63,134 nt of DNA from Octopus bimaculoides (GCF_001194135.2 NC_068983.1:84214124-84277257), one strand, 5' to 3'; shown: positions 1 through 13,749, counted from the stretch's first letter. Notes: generated from the letters alone by a model not told the origin. Program-made: numbers and translations.

Positions 1-160
1 ATATATATATATATACCTGACTACTGGATTTTGTTATACACCACTGGTCATAATGCGCTTATGAGGAAGAGAAAACCTTAGATACAAAACAGAGGGAACA
101 TGGTGATGATCTGCTGCAGCATTATCTGATCTGTTATGTTGACAGAAGTAGGGATTCAAG

Positions 161-398
161 GGATTAAGGCGGCGACCTGGTAGAAACGTTAGCACACCAG
201 TCGAAATACTTAGCAGTATTTCGTCTGCTGTTACGTTCTGAGTTCAAATTCCACCGAAGTCGACTTTGCCTTTCATCCTTTTGGGGTCGATAAATTAAGT
301 ACCAGTTACGCACTGGGGTCGATGTAGTCGACTTAATCCCTTTGTCTGTCCTTGTTTGTCCCCTCTGTGTTTAGCCCTTTGTGGGCAATAAATAAATA
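161..398 (+). mobile_element. tRNA-derived SINE (family A) with 17-bp TSD
   Basis: A-box-like head, B box GTTCAAATTCC, (AATA)n tail. Flanked by agaagtagggattcaag at 144-160 and 399-415. Confidence 0.9.
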
Positions 399-1007
399 AG
401 AAGTAGGGATTCAAGAACTAAAAATGTATTCTAGGCAACTGGGAGTGAGTTTGTACATGCGGTGGTACAAAGAAGGGTATAAACAAGAATTTCTTGTGTA
501 TTTGTGTAGAATTTATCACTTTTGGTAGTGTGGGAAGGTTAATTCATTATGCTAAAAGGCATTTGCTTGTGTATAAATCACAGTGCCTATGCATAAGAGA
601 TAGATATTGAAGAGATTGACAAAGAAACTCAGAGGAGTTTTTGCCTGATGTACTTATACACACATGGCCACGTTGGGGACTGTATAAATATGAGAGTATT
701 TATACAGTATTTAAGAATAAAATACTGAGTATAATAAAGAGTATTTAAGAGTAAAAAACGAAGCCGGTGAGAGAGGATAGAAGAGAGAATGCTGATATAT
801 TGTAATACTGAGAGATTTAAGAATTGAAATATGTTTACCTATATATATACACACATACATACCTACATACCTATATGCATACATACCTGTATATATATAG
901 ATATGTGTATGTGTGTAGTATATATATATATATATATATATAGATATACATACCTATATATATTGGTATGCATATATGCATGCATATGTCTATATATATA
1001 TATATAA

Positions 1008-1265
1008 CATCATCATCATCATCATCATTTAACGTCTGTTGTCCACGCTGGCATGAGTTGGACGGTTTGACCTGCGATGGCAAAGTCGCGGAGCTGCACC
1101 AGATTCCAGTCTGATTTGGCATGGTTTCTATGGCTGGATACCTTTCCTAACGCCAACCACTTTACAGAATGTTTTGACATGGCACCACACTGGTACTTTT
1201 GAGGGGCACTGCACAGGCGCTTTTATGTGGCACCGCATGGGCACTTTTATATGGGGCTCCACGTA
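1008..1265 (-). mobile_element. SINE / LINE-3'-tail repeat (family B) ending in (GAT)n
   Basis: catcatcat-tttaacgtc...ttcctaacgccaaccact is homologous to copies at 45760, 49080, 50525, 61150 and 62760. Confidence 0.8.
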
Positions 1266-1562
1266 AAAACGTCCACATGTGCATGTATGCATGTATATAT
1301 ATATTGGTATGTATGTATTATGTACACACACACACACACATATACATACATATATATATATATATATANNNNNNNNNNNNNNNNNNNNNNNNNNNNNNNN
1401 NNNNNNNNNNNNNNNNNNNNNNNNNNNNNNNNNNNNNNNNNNNNNNNNNNNNNNNNNNNNNNNNNNNNNNNNNNNNNNNNNNNNNNNNNNNNNNNNNNNN
1501 NNNNNNNNNNNNNNNNNNNNNNNNNNNNNNNNNNNNNNNNNNNNNNNNNNNNNNNNNNNNNT

Positions 1563-2522
1563 ATATACGAAGTGGTTCCCAAAAGTAACCGGAAACGTTC
1601 TCTGTGAGACAAGTCCGTTGTAGTTCACGCCTCCACCACTAGAACCCACTTCGTGCAACTCTCAAGCATCAGTTTACCAACCAGCGTCGTCGAGAGAAGT
1701 CGTACTTCCACGTGGTGTGTCTTCGTTTTGCAGTGCTTCTCCCCTATTCGTCGATTTTTGCGATGGCTGAAACGAAGGAACAGCATGCTTCCGTGATATT
1801 CTGTTTTCTGCTGGAGAAAACAGCGGCTGTAACAGTTGTCATACTTCACACAGCTTACAAGGACGCTGCCATGCGCAAAACAAGTTTACGGGTGGTTTCC
1901 ATGCTTCAGAAATGGTAACTTGTCACTTGAAGACCAGTCACATTCAGGGCGAACGTCAACCTTCCGAACGAATGAAAATATCACGAAAATTCATGAACTG
2001 ACCTTGGAGGTCCGTCGCCAGACAATTGACGAACTTGATATGACTGATGTGTCCTGAAGCTCCTGCCAAAGAATTTTGAATGAGGAATTGTGAATGAAAA
2101 GAGTTGCAGCAAAATTGTGCCTCGCTTGCTCACGGAAAACCAAAAGCAGTTACAACCGAATGCGTATCGTGAACCGAAAGAACGGTTGGAAATTTATTCA
2201 AACTTTTTTTCGAAGGTCATCACTTGTAACGAAAGCTGGTGTTACGGCTCCAACTCAGAGACGAAGCAGCAACCAAGTCAATGAAAGCATCCAATGTCAC
2301 CATGCCCCAAAAAGTGCGTCAAGTGAAGTTCAATGTCAAGACGATGCTGATTTGTTTCAACGATGCAAAAGGAGTTATCCACACAGAATATGTTCTGCCT
2401 GGTCAAAATGTTAACCAGACATTTTATTTAACAGTTCAGTAGCGTTTGCAAGACGCAGTGAGGCGAAAACGCCCGACCTATGACAAAGTGGAGAGTTGTA
2501 GTTTCATCACGACAATGCGCTA
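1563..2522 (+). mobile_element. Degenerate mariner transposon, 3'-truncated
   Basis: TA followed by TIR-like cgaagtggttcccaaaagtaaccgg. Frameshifted transposase pieces EQHASVIFCFLLEKT, KIVPRLLT, VITCNESWCY, KTMLICFNDAKGVIHTEY, HHDNA. Confidence 0.88.
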
Positions 2523-3363
2523 GCCAAAGGTTATCCTATGCCAATGAAGTGAAATAACCCAGAAACCATGGTCCGCAGGTACCATTTGAGGCTGAGTGGA
2601 GACATTAAGTTCCCTTGTTCGACGTATAAGAACACAGTTGTGCCTCGGTAGCCAGCTGGAAAAAATGTTTTCCTGGGGCTAAAAAAGGTGGTAACATCGT
2701 CCTAATCAGTACTGCCACTTTACGTTGGCAAATAGATTTTACTCTATATGTATATATACATATATATATATATTTGCAAATGGCCCCAAAGATAAACATT
2801 TTAAATTTAATAATATCTCAATTTCAAAATCTCTCAGTATTACAATATATCAACATTCTCTCTTCTATCCTCTCTCTCTGACTTTGTTTTTTACTCTTAA
2901 AAACTTAACGTGGCCATGTGTGTAGAAATACATCAGGCAAAAATCTCTCCGTGTTTCTTTCACAATCTCTTCTATATCTCTTATACACAGGTACTGTGAT
3001 TTATACACAAGCAAATGCCTTTTAGCATAGTGAACTCACCTTCCTAAGCCACCAAAAGTGACAACTTCTACACAAATGCACAGGAAATTCTTGTTATACC
3101 CCTCTTTGTACCGCCACAAATACAAACTCACTCACAGTTGCCTAGAATACAATTTCAGTTCTTTGAATCCCTACTTCTGTCAACATAACAAATCAGATAA
3201 TACTGCAGCAGATCACCACCATGTTCCGTCTATTTTGTATCTAAGGCCTTCTCCTTCCCATACATCAATGGAACATACGATCACATTGCTAGCCACTTGC
3301 CGAGGAATAACAGTTCGTCTAGGTGGGTAGCAACTCAAACGAACTGATACAAAGTATCTTTTT

Positions 3364-3656
3364 GCGTCACCAATAGCTTTGCATCCATTGAAAGCTGTAT
3401 GCTAAGACAAATCTAGCCTCTAATGATATCACAAAACATAATGAGTAAAGAATCACTAGCATTGCATTTAGCCAACAAGATGGATAAAAACTCGTTATTT
3501 GTTATTATTGAACTAATACTGCTCCCATCGCTAATAACGAATTTTCATCCAGCGGGCAATGCTAGTGATTCTTTACTCACTATGTTTTGCGATATCAGTA
3601 GAGGCTAAATTTGTCTTAGCATGCGGTTTCTAGTGGATGCAAGCTACTGGTGACGC
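3364..3656. repeat. Fold-back / MITE-like inverted repeat (about 101-bp arms, 90-bp spacer)
   Basis: 3364-3465 is the reverse-complement homolog of 3556-3656. Confidence 0.8.
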
Positions 3657-4814
3657 TAAAAGGAACAGAAATACATATTAAGTCATTCTACCACCACTAC
3701 TGGACACTTTTCGCCCGCTACTGATATATTTCTGTGACTTTTAACATTATATGGCGAAAGAAAATACTTGCGTAAGTATTAATAGTGAACTGTGAGGATG
3801 AGCACTCAATCTACATTGTTAGAAAAAATATTTATCTGTAAATTTTCAATACTACGTTACAGTTCGCTACAGTCAGGCGTTCCATTGAAAATGATTATGC
3901 CAGTCCCTCTTTATTTTCAGTTTGATAGCCAAACTCAAAATGAAAACGGATTACCATTATTTTTTATGGAAAACGTTTGAAAATTGCAAGATGTAAATGT
4001 AAATGCATGAAACCTAAGGTGGTAAAGAAAATCTACATACATATAAAGGACATATATATACATTATATGTATATATACATACATACAGTAGATAGTAGAC
4101 AGGCATACATTAGTCTAAGCAGTCTAATTACAGTATATCTAAGTTAGTTATTTAATCTCTAAGAGGGAGGTCATGTGAGCAGGAAGATGACTAGTGTGGG
4201 CCTCTTTTGTCTTGGAGCCATCGTTCAGGACGGATGTGATGGCCGCGTGAGTTGGAGGAATTCACCGTTAGTTTCTGGCCAGAGGTTAAGCAGATGGTGC
4301 TCTTACAGATATATCCCAACTGGAAAGGATCAACATTACCTGAGGACCTGTTTTTCTCTATATCACAAATTAGGGCAGTAAATTCAAGGAAATTGTGTTC
4401 GTGAGGCACATCTTACCTTAGGAACATCAAACATGGAAGCATTGGTTCATCACATCTGATAAATGTTGCAGTAAAGTTCCAGGAAGCAAATCAAATTTAA
4501 ACTTTATTTCTGAAACCTTAAACGTGTATCCGTGGAGCACGGTATGGAAAGGTCACTTCAGCTTTTTTTTAAACGTAATTATGTATGAAAGTAACGTAGT
4601 TTTAAACTATTCAAAGTAAAGTATTTAGGTACGTAGGTGTTTTTGACAATGTTCAGGAAGTTAATCAGGCAGCCGTCCTTTACCAAAGTACTTATGTTGT
4701 AAGTTTGATATTTATTCTGTCAGTCTGTTTTTACCTTACGAGGACATAACTAAATGCCACCAGTTATCAAGTGGGAGGGGAAACATACACAAAGACACAC
4801 ACACGTGCATGCAC

Positions 4815-4845
<31 letters not shown>

Positions 4846-4852
4846 CATACAT

Positions 4853-4892
<40 letters not shown>

Positions 4893-4929
4893 TCGCGCGT
4901 GCTGGCATCATAAAATTTCATAAACTCTC

Positions 4930-5133
4930 GAGAGTACGTTAAATAATTTATTTTAGGAATATCTCGAAGCACACACATAAAGCTATAGATAATAGCAAGC
5001 AAATATTGGGCCGAAAAGCGAAATTAGATAGGAAAAAAATGGATTTTTAAACCCAATATTTTACATGCTTTTATTTATAGCTTTATGTGCGTGCTTCGAG
5101 ATATTCTAAAATTGAATTATATAACGTACTCTC
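4930..5133. repeat. MITE-like inverted repeat (about 81-bp arms, 41-bp spacer)
   Basis: 4930-5010 is the reverse-complement homolog of 5052-5133. No clear TSD. Confidence 0.8.
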
Positions 5134-5329
5134 ACATGTATGTATGTATATGTACATATATATATATATATATATATACATACATACACATACACGAACA
5201 CATGCACATACACTGACACACACAGCTAACACCCTTCAACCATAGCTGACATCAATCCATGAGAGGCAACTTTATTACCTCAACACATTTCGTCCCGGTC
5301 CTTTTTACCAACACCGAGCCAACCAAGAC

Positions 5330-5359
<30 letters not shown>

Positions 5360-5367
<8 letters not shown>

Positions 5368-5600
5368 TTGCTCCTGTGCTCTCCAGCACATTGGACAGCA
5401 AAATGACACCACTGGTTTCTGTTGGCTGCAGTTTTCTCTGCATCTAGCCATATGATATTGGCCTCCTTCATGCCTGTTACGAATGTTCTGCGTCATGTAG
5501 TTTTCGACCTTACTCTCTTTTTCCCTCCGGTGGGGTCCATTTGAAAGTTGTTTTTGAATGGCTTTGTTCTGGTAGCCAGAAGTACGTGTCCTGTCAGTTT
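5360..5600 (-). mobile_element. RTE-type LINE 3'-end fragment
   Basis: Minus frame reads GHVLL...DPTGGKKRVRSKTT*RRTF...MKEANIIWLDAEKTAANRNQW, like an RTE ORF C-terminus. Confidence 0.6.
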
Positions 5601-5799
5601 TAATCTTCATTCTGTGATTTCGCTAATAGTTTTGTATTGGATCTCTTTAAAATGACCTCATTGGTTAAGTGGTTTTGCTAGTACGTTCTCAGAATTCTTG
5701 TCAAGTACCTTTGGAGGAACAATCTAGCTTTCTATCGATATTAACAGCGCTCTTCCATGTCTCAGTTGACATAGCAAACTGTTGGTAGAATTATGCTAC

Positions 5800-6330
5800 T
5801 ATAGAGCTGGATCTTTGTAAGCTAATGGTGTTAGAGGACCAGATAGTACGTATTCTCTTGAATACGGTTGATGTTGATCTCAATATCTCCGTTGTTATTG
5901 ATAACGCTACCCAGATAGGTAAATCTATGTATTGTCTAGATATTTTGCTGTTTGATAGTGTCCACATAGAGTCCTTGTGCAGCACTGCCTTGCACTATGA
6001 CATCCCTCAACATTTTGTCGATATCTTTAAAGAACTTTACTCAAATTTGCGATACTATGTTCGACCGGAATCGAGAAAAACAGACTTCTTTGGACATTAT
6101 TTCTGGAGTGAGACAAGGCTGCATTCTGCCGCTCCTTCTGTTCTCATTGGCAGTAAGATACCATGGAAACAACAGACATGACTGAAAGACCCGGACTTTG
6201 CTGATGATGTTTTTCTGCTCAGTGAAGACAATAAAAGCCTATAACAGCTCACATCAGAGCTAGAACAGAACTAGATGAAAAAGACCAAAACTATGAACAT
6301 TATCACATATAGACTGCCAGCATAAAAAAA
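5800..6330 (+). mobile_element. LINE reverse-transcriptase fragment (RTE-like)
   Basis: Motifs FDSVHIESL, HYDIPQHFVDI, SGVRQGCILPLLLF and DFADDVFLLS across frameshifts. Confidence 0.85.
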
Positions 6331-6387
6331 GTAATGTTCTTTCAGCCAGAATGCCTGAAAGTGTCGCCAATATTACCAAGTACACTA

Positions 6388-6653
6388 AGGTAGCGAGCTG
6401 GCAAAGTCGTTAGCACGCCGGGCAAAATGTTTAGCGGCATTTTGTCCGTCTTTACGTTCTGAGTTCAAATTCCGCCGAGGTCTGCTTTGCCTTTCATCCT
6501 TTCGGAATCGATAAGATAAGTACCATTTGATTACTGGGGTCGATGTTATCGACTTAACCCCTCTTCGAAATTGCTGACCCTATGTGGCACCTTGGGCAAG
6601 TGTCTTCTACTATTGCCTCGAGCCGATCAAAGCCTTGTGAGTGGATTTGGTAG
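6388..6653 (+). mobile_element. SINE family A copy fused to a family C fragment
   Basis: gcgagctggcaaagtcgttagcacgccgg...gttcaaattccgccgagg, then gtggcaccttgggcaagtgtcttc up to the N gap. Confidence 0.8.
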
Positions 6654-7195
6654 NNNNNNNNNNNNNNNNNNNNNNNNNNNNNNNNNNNNNNNNNNNNNNN
6701 NNNNNNNNNNNNNNNNNNNNNNNNNNNNNNNNNNNNNNNNNNNNNNNNNNNNNNNNNNNNNNNNNNNNNNNNNNNNNNNNNNNNNNNNNNNNNNNNNNNN
6801 NNNNNNNNNNNNNNNNNNNNNNNNNNNNNNNNNNNNNNNNNNNNNNNNNNNNNNNNNNNNNNNNNNNNNNNNNNNNNNNNNNNNNNNNNNNNNNNNNNNN
6901 NNNNNNNNNNNNNNNNNNNNNNNNNNNNNNNNNNNNNNNNNNNNNNNNNNNNNNNNNNNNNNNNNNNNNNNNNNNNNNNNNNNNNNNNNNNNNNNNNNNN
7001 NNNNNNNNNNNNNNNNNNNNNNNNNNNNNNNNNNNNNNNNNNNNNNNNNNNNNNNNNNNNNNNNNNNNNNNNNNNNNNNNNNNNNNNNNATACATATTCA
7101 AATAAGTAAACCATAATATCATGAATAGCAAAAACGAAACCGGTCGATATATTAAAACTATGTAAAGTGTGTGTATTTTCCTTTTTTAATTTCTC

Positions 7196-7259
<64 letters not shown>

Positions 7260-7993
7260 ACATTCACACACTCATACACTTATATACATAGACATAAGCA
7301 TATCCACACTATGCATGCATATTAATATTAAGATGTGCGCTTCTCAAAATATGTATATCGCTATTCATATACATACACACAGTTACTACACACATACATA
7401 TACATACGTATATACATACATATATATATACACGCACACACTCGCTCTACACACAGTTATTACACACATACATATACATACATATATGCATATATATATA
7501 TATAAACGCACACACTCACTCTTTCTCCCTCTTTCTCTCTCTCTCCCACGCTCACACATGCACATATATGTACACAGTTACACACACACACACACACACA
7601 TACACACACACACACACACATACACACACACACACACACAAATCAGCTCACATGTACATAAGCAATCAAATAAAAATACAAACCTAAGAACTAGCAGCAA
7701 CAACAACAGCCACAACTATAAAAATCCGCCAAAAAACAAAGTGCTGCTAATTAAGTAGACAAAGAACTAAAAACACATCACACTATTCTTCCTATTGAAT
7801 GATATCAAAGAAGAATGTGGTCCTGGATTTTGACAAAAGTTATTTACACAGACCAAAGCCTTTAAGGTACATCACTAACTGAATGACAGCAAATTAGCTT
7901 TAAGTTACTCATTATAGTGATGGATTTAACTAAACTCACCTATACGCGTATAAATATATACATACATACGAACATATAATATATATATATACA

Positions 7994-8042
<49 letters not shown>

Positions 8043-8288
8043 ATTCATACATGAATATGTACATAGATAATCACATTGGTAAACGTATACATTCATATAC
8101 GCTCTTCGTATACATAGGCGCACACAAGTGTACAAATTAATCATATGTACGCGCATTCTTACTCACACATTATGCCACCATGTAATGATGAACATCACAA
8201 CACAACAAAGACATCTTACAAACATATAAATGCATTCGTGCACCCATCATGCAAACGCACACACGCATACATACATATGTGTATAAAG

Positions 8289-8320
<32 letters not shown>

Positions 8321-8541
8321 GTATGCGCGTGTGTGTGTATTCATATATATCTGTGTGTATAGAGAGAGAGAGATGCATACATACATACATCATACACACA
8401 TACATACATAAACATACATGTATGTCATGCATATAAACATATTTTGTGCACTCACATTCACGTACACACCACAGAGCATGTATGCACGTGCATTATGCAT
8501 GCACAATTTGCATACATATATAATACACACACGCACATATA

Positions 8542-8586
<45 letters not shown>

Positions 8587-9534
8587 NNNNNNNNNNATAT
8601 ATATATAAGCAATGTTAATTCTCTAAATGAAGTATTAACAGTAACTGCACGATAAAGTGTAGTATATTGCCACTTAAGTGTGGCTGACCCCTAGGGGTGG
8701 ATGCTACTGTTGCTTTTAGCCCCAGGAGGACATATATACCTCCATGAATGCATACACACATACAAACATATATGCACACACGCATACACATACACATATA
8801 CACACACTGCACACATGCATATAAGACCACCACCAGTTTTCTCGGATTTGGGGTTATAAACTAACACACACACTCACACACATACAACACAGGCACATCA
8901 TATCACACACATACACATCGTATCACATCACATATACACACACACCACGTGCACTCCCACTCATCACAACACAAACACACACATACTCACACATTCACGT
9001 GCACACACAGACGTAAACAAACATATACACACAAGCACCATATTTGAACACACTCATTCATCCATGCGCACGCACTCACACATACGCGCGCACACTTAAA
9101 CACACACGTATTAGCACACTTATATATACTCACACACACTCACACTACATGTATACGTACCATATGTGCACGTACATACACACGCGCGCGCGCGGGCACT
9201 TATACACATACTTAAGAATAAAGTAAGCAAATGGATCTACATCGGTTTCGTGATGCATATTCAATTGTTCAATCAGCTGAACTACAAACTCGTTGAGTAT
9301 TCCAAGAACCATCGTGACACCCTATGTGGAAAAGCTGAACCAGAGAATTACGGGTACAATCCACCCGATGGACTTCTTTACTGTTTCAATCTACCCAATT
9401 CTACTCACAAAGTTTTGATTAACCATGAGTTACGCTAAAAGACATGTCCAAGATGCTTGGCAGTCGGATTGAAACCGGGACCGCGTAATTGCAAAGCAAG
9501 GCTACATTCACACACACACACACACATACTAATT

Positions 9535-10014
9535 CCGTACTAAGACGGTCGTGTAACAATCCAGGAAATTGCTCATGCAGTGGGAATAAGCACTGGATCA
9601 GTGCATTCCATCTTAAGGAAGAATTTGTACGAGCGGAGAGTGTCAGCGAAATTTGTCCCTTCAGCGCCGGCAGATCAGCAGAAGCAATCCGCAAGGAAAT
9701 CGCTCAGGACATGTTGTACTGTGCAAACCACGGCCCAGATTTCATAAGGAGAATCATCACTGGAGATAAGACATGGGATTATGGTTCTTGATCAATACGT
9801 TCGGTCACCTTGCGTGAAAACGAAAGTCCGACAAACGCACACTATAAGTATATATTCTAAGCGTAGCAGCCGGGAACTGACGTGGCCTACCGGCGCAGAA
9901 GTTTTCAGGCATGCGCAGGAAGAGTGGTGTTATCTCCCACCCAAAGGATTTTCCCCACGCGGAATTAGTTTTGGCGGGAAAAAATAAAGTCGGATGCATT
10001 TTGAACGCACCTCG
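9535..10014. mobile_element. Rearranged mariner: plus-strand internal transposase fragment joined to a minus-strand 5' end
   Basis: 9535-9790 (+) encodes VTIQEIAHAVGISTGSVHSIL...VSAKFVP and IITGDKTW. 10014-9790 (-) starts TA|CGAGGTGCGTTCAAAATGCATCCG (TIR) and reaches a TERIDQ start-like motif. Confidence 0.8.
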
Positions 10015-10176
10015 TATGTGTCTATGTACGCATGCGTGAATATCAAACAGTGTGTGGGGAGTGTACATGTGTATGCATTTGTGTGTGTTTACTTCTGTTG
10101 GGGACAAGAGTATCTAGAGATCTATGAATATGTGCGTGTATAATTATATATGCATATGTTTATGTGTATGAGTGTA

Positions 10177-10303
10177 CAGGGTGTCCACAAGGTCTGGGTA
10201 CATGGAGTAAATAAAAACATAATATAAACAATTAAATATAAGAAATAATAATTTCTTAAAGTATGTGTTAATCCCCGTGTACCCAGACTTTGTGGACACC
10301 CTG
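10177..10303. mobile_element. Tc1/mariner MITE, 127 bp
   Basis: TIRs cagggtgtccacaa(g/a)gtctgggtaca, with TA on both sides (10175-76, 10304-05). Confidence 0.92.
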
Positions 10304-10527
10304 TATATATAGAAGTGTGTGCATGAGTGAATATACATTTGTATATATATGTGAGTATCTATATATGTGTGTGCGCGTGTACGTATGTATGCTTTGGTGG
10401 GTGAACGAAGTATCTTCAGTTGTGTGCATATCTGAATATGTGTATGCACATGTGTATGCAGGTGTATATGTGTATACGTTTGTAAGAGTATACAAGGTAT
10501 ATGTACATGTGTATATATGCGTATTTA

Positions 10528-10840
10528 AAGGAGCACTCCGTCGGTCCTAGCTGATACGATCAACGGAACAGCTTGCTCGTGAAATTAATGTGCAAGTGGC
10601 TGAGCATTCCACAGACACGTGAGCCCTTAACGTAGTTCTCAAGGAGATTTAGCGTGACACAGAGTGTGACAAGGCCGGCCCTTTGAAATACATGAACTAC
10701 TCATTTTTGCCAGCTGAGTGGACTGGAGTAACGTGAAATAAAGTGTCATGCTGAAGGACACGACGCGTCGCCGGGAATTGAACTCTTGACTTTACAATCA
10801 TTAGCCGAATGCCCATAACCACTAAGCTACGCGCCTTCAC
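10528..10840 (-). mobile_element. tRNA-derived SINE (family E)
   Basis: Minus-strand A box tagcttagtgg and B box gttcaattcc. Body homologous to 13750-14125. Confidence 0.85.
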
Positions 10841-11272
10841 TATATTCGTGTATGTATGTATGTATGTATCTATCTATCTATCTATCTATGTATGTGTATT
10901 CATGAGAGTGGATTGTACAAATGCCTAAAATCTAAATGTATGTATGTACGTACGTATGTACGTATGTATGTACGTACGTATGTATGTATGTGCGGGGGTG
11001 TGCTGAAAAGTTCCGAATTCTTTTACAGGGTTTATGTGTTCGTTCTGTTGTCTGTAAACAAAGTCCGTTTTTGTGCTTTATGTTCCCGTTCATTTTTCTG
11101 ACGTCCTGTACCCGAATACGCATCTATATATACATGCAGATGTAGGTATGTACATATGTGTAGGTATACATGCATATACTCATATATCACCCTATTTGTG
11201 GTTCGTAGAGCCTATCATATAATGACCTAAAGCATTATGTGTGTGTGTGTGTGTGTGTGTGCATATACATAC

Positions 11273-11354
<82 letters not shown>

Positions 11355-11762
11355 ATGCACACACCCACGCATACGCACACTTCCACTGAGGAAGGAGATG
11401 GTTTCTAACAAAGATACAAAGCTCCATCGTTGGAATGTAGATAACAGAAAAATGCAACATTTAAAACTTGAAAAAAGTCTTGCATATTTTACTGTTCTAC
11501 TTCCAAATTGCATTTATTATGTGCGAGTTAGTTGGGTGATTTCTTTTTCTGAAAATCCAGGCTTACATAGATTGTCGCCTAGGAACGTACACCAATTATT
11601 ATTGGCGTAAATGTGAATTTATAACCTGGACTTAGAAGCTGGAGGTTTCGATGCAGTTGTCCATATTTATCGTCTTTTTCTTTGATTTTCAAAGACATAT
11701 TTACACCAGTAAGACAGCTGACTTCAAAGACGCTACATACTTCTTGTTTGTCTGCATGTCTA

Positions 11763-11827
<65 letters not shown>

Positions 11828-11959
11828 GTCTGTCTGTATGTAAGTCTATCTGTCTGTATGTATGTATGTATGTATGCATGTATGCATGCATATGCGCAGA
11901 TTTGTATGTTTTGCTTTATGTATGTGTTTTCATGCATATAGCTGCATATCTAGACATGC

Positions 11960-12530
11960 ACATATATATTTAAATGATAAACTTCTGGAAAGTTATACAG
12001 ATTTTTGCAGGTCCAGTGATGGACTGGATCTTCCGTATTAGCTTTCTCCTTTCTGGTTTTGAGAAACCTAATTTCTCAAAAGTGTTACATATCCCAGGGC
12101 CCCAATAATTACAGGTATAAACCTGAATTTGTAATCTGGATTGAGTAACTGCAAATTTCTCAATAGTTCAGCATAGGTGTTCTCTTTTTCACTGATCTTC
12201 AGCTTTATGTTAACATCCGCTGGGCGGCTAATTTCCACAACTGTGCAGTTTCTCTTCTCTATCCCAAATCATTATATAAGGTCTGTTGTGCTTACATTTT
12301 ATTAAGGTCTTCACTAGAATGTACCACCAGTATTCCTTGTTGTTATGTGTGGCTATTGCTTCTACCATATTGTGGGTTCTTATTTCTTTGTCCTCAGAAT
12401 TATCCTTACGTTGGATTTCATTATAGAGCGTCCTAGTTACAATACCACGTCTCATCGGTTGATAATAACGTGATGACATTTTCGGACAACTGCTTATGAT
12501 GTGCATGATTTCTTCAGTGTAAACTCCACA
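11960..12530 (-). mobile_element. Non-LTR retrotransposon 3' fragment with zinc knuckle and restriction-like endonuclease (R4/Dong-like)
   Basis: HIISSCPKM..., KHNRPYIMIWD, then VEISRPADVNI...EKENTYAELL...FIPVIIGALG (PD..D/ExK-type RLE tail). Confidence 0.8.
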
Positions 12531-12769
12531 AAGTCAGCATCGGTTTCGAATGTATGTATGTATGTATGTATGCTTTATAGTATTTAGTATCGCTTTATAG
12601 TATATAGTATCGCAAAAAAAGGGACTATAATAGTACCAGTCTCTATCATGACACTGAATTCTACGTCTCCGAAATTTTTTTAAAACTTTTCTTTGCAGGG
12701 GACATAACTCTTGCTAATTATTAGCCGTTCAAGGGAAACTACTGCTAGAAATGCTACTAGATCAGCCTA

Positions 12770-13084
12770 CTTAATTGGGAAATGTGTATGTATACCGTAT
12801 AACAAAAGACGAAGACAGGTGTATAAACAACAAACAGGTTACGCCGTATGTAAATATACAAGTTTGATTTTCGAAGCGCTGAAATGTATGGTAGAACAAG
12901 TAGAAAGATAAATTTTATTCAACGCATAGATACTGAACAGTATAGATATAAAGGATAAAATCCTTTTTTTTTTTTTTTTGCTTTTAAAAAGAAAAAAGGT
13001 ATATTTGTTTAACGCTCAGGAAGGTGAAAAAGTCTTCTACTTTCGAGCCTACGCCCTTCAACAGAAAGGAACACGAGGAAATAA
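12770..13084 (-). repeat. Interrupted copy of a short repeat with a hammerhead-shaped motif (second copy 61920-62095)
   Basis: Two halves match the reverse complement of 61920-62095 and are separated by about 150 bp of unrelated sequence. Confidence 0.65.
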
Positions 13085-13094
13085 NNNNNNNNNN

Positions 13095-13168
<74 letters not shown>

Positions 13169-13544
13169 CACATGCATATATATGTATATATATATGTGTG
13201 TGTATATATATACATACATAGTTCAGAGTTCATTGTTTGTTTATACCTGTCGTCTCGTATACGAAACGTAGCAGCGAAAATCAGTAATTCTATGTGGTTA
13301 CAAAGCCAACATCAACCTCTCGTTTTTCATCTGCCAGCTTGTCAGTGCTGAAGAAGCTACAGCCACAACCCATTTCAATTAACTGACAATCATAGCTCTG
13401 AAACGCAGCAATATCGACCTTATATTTTATTATACTCTGTTGCAACGGAAATAGTATGGCGTTCAGGCCGGCTGAGTTTTATTTCATTCAGCTGGGTTGT
13501 CACACTCCAACAGTACATCCGTAGATGTACCTTTTGTTAATACA

Positions 13545-13662
13545 GTTCTATATTTGAGAGATGAGGAATTATGTACATTATTTACATTTCACGGATATTT
13601 GTCCTCGTCTTGTTTGTTGTTAACACTACGTTTCGGCTGATATACTCTCCAGCCTTCTTCAT
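13545..13662 (-). repeat. Penelope-like terminal repeat fragment with 5'-truncated hammerhead motif
   Basis: Minus strand reads AUGAAGA-A-GGCUG..CAGCC-GAAAC-GUAGU-GUU-AACAAC. C3 and the 5' strand of stem I are missing. Confidence 0.55.
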
Positions 13663-13749
13663 CACTGAGCACCCTGGGAACCAACATTTACACAAATTTT
13701 GCACATGTTCAGCTCTTTATGCATAATTCTGAGTACAGTTGCTTTTTGT

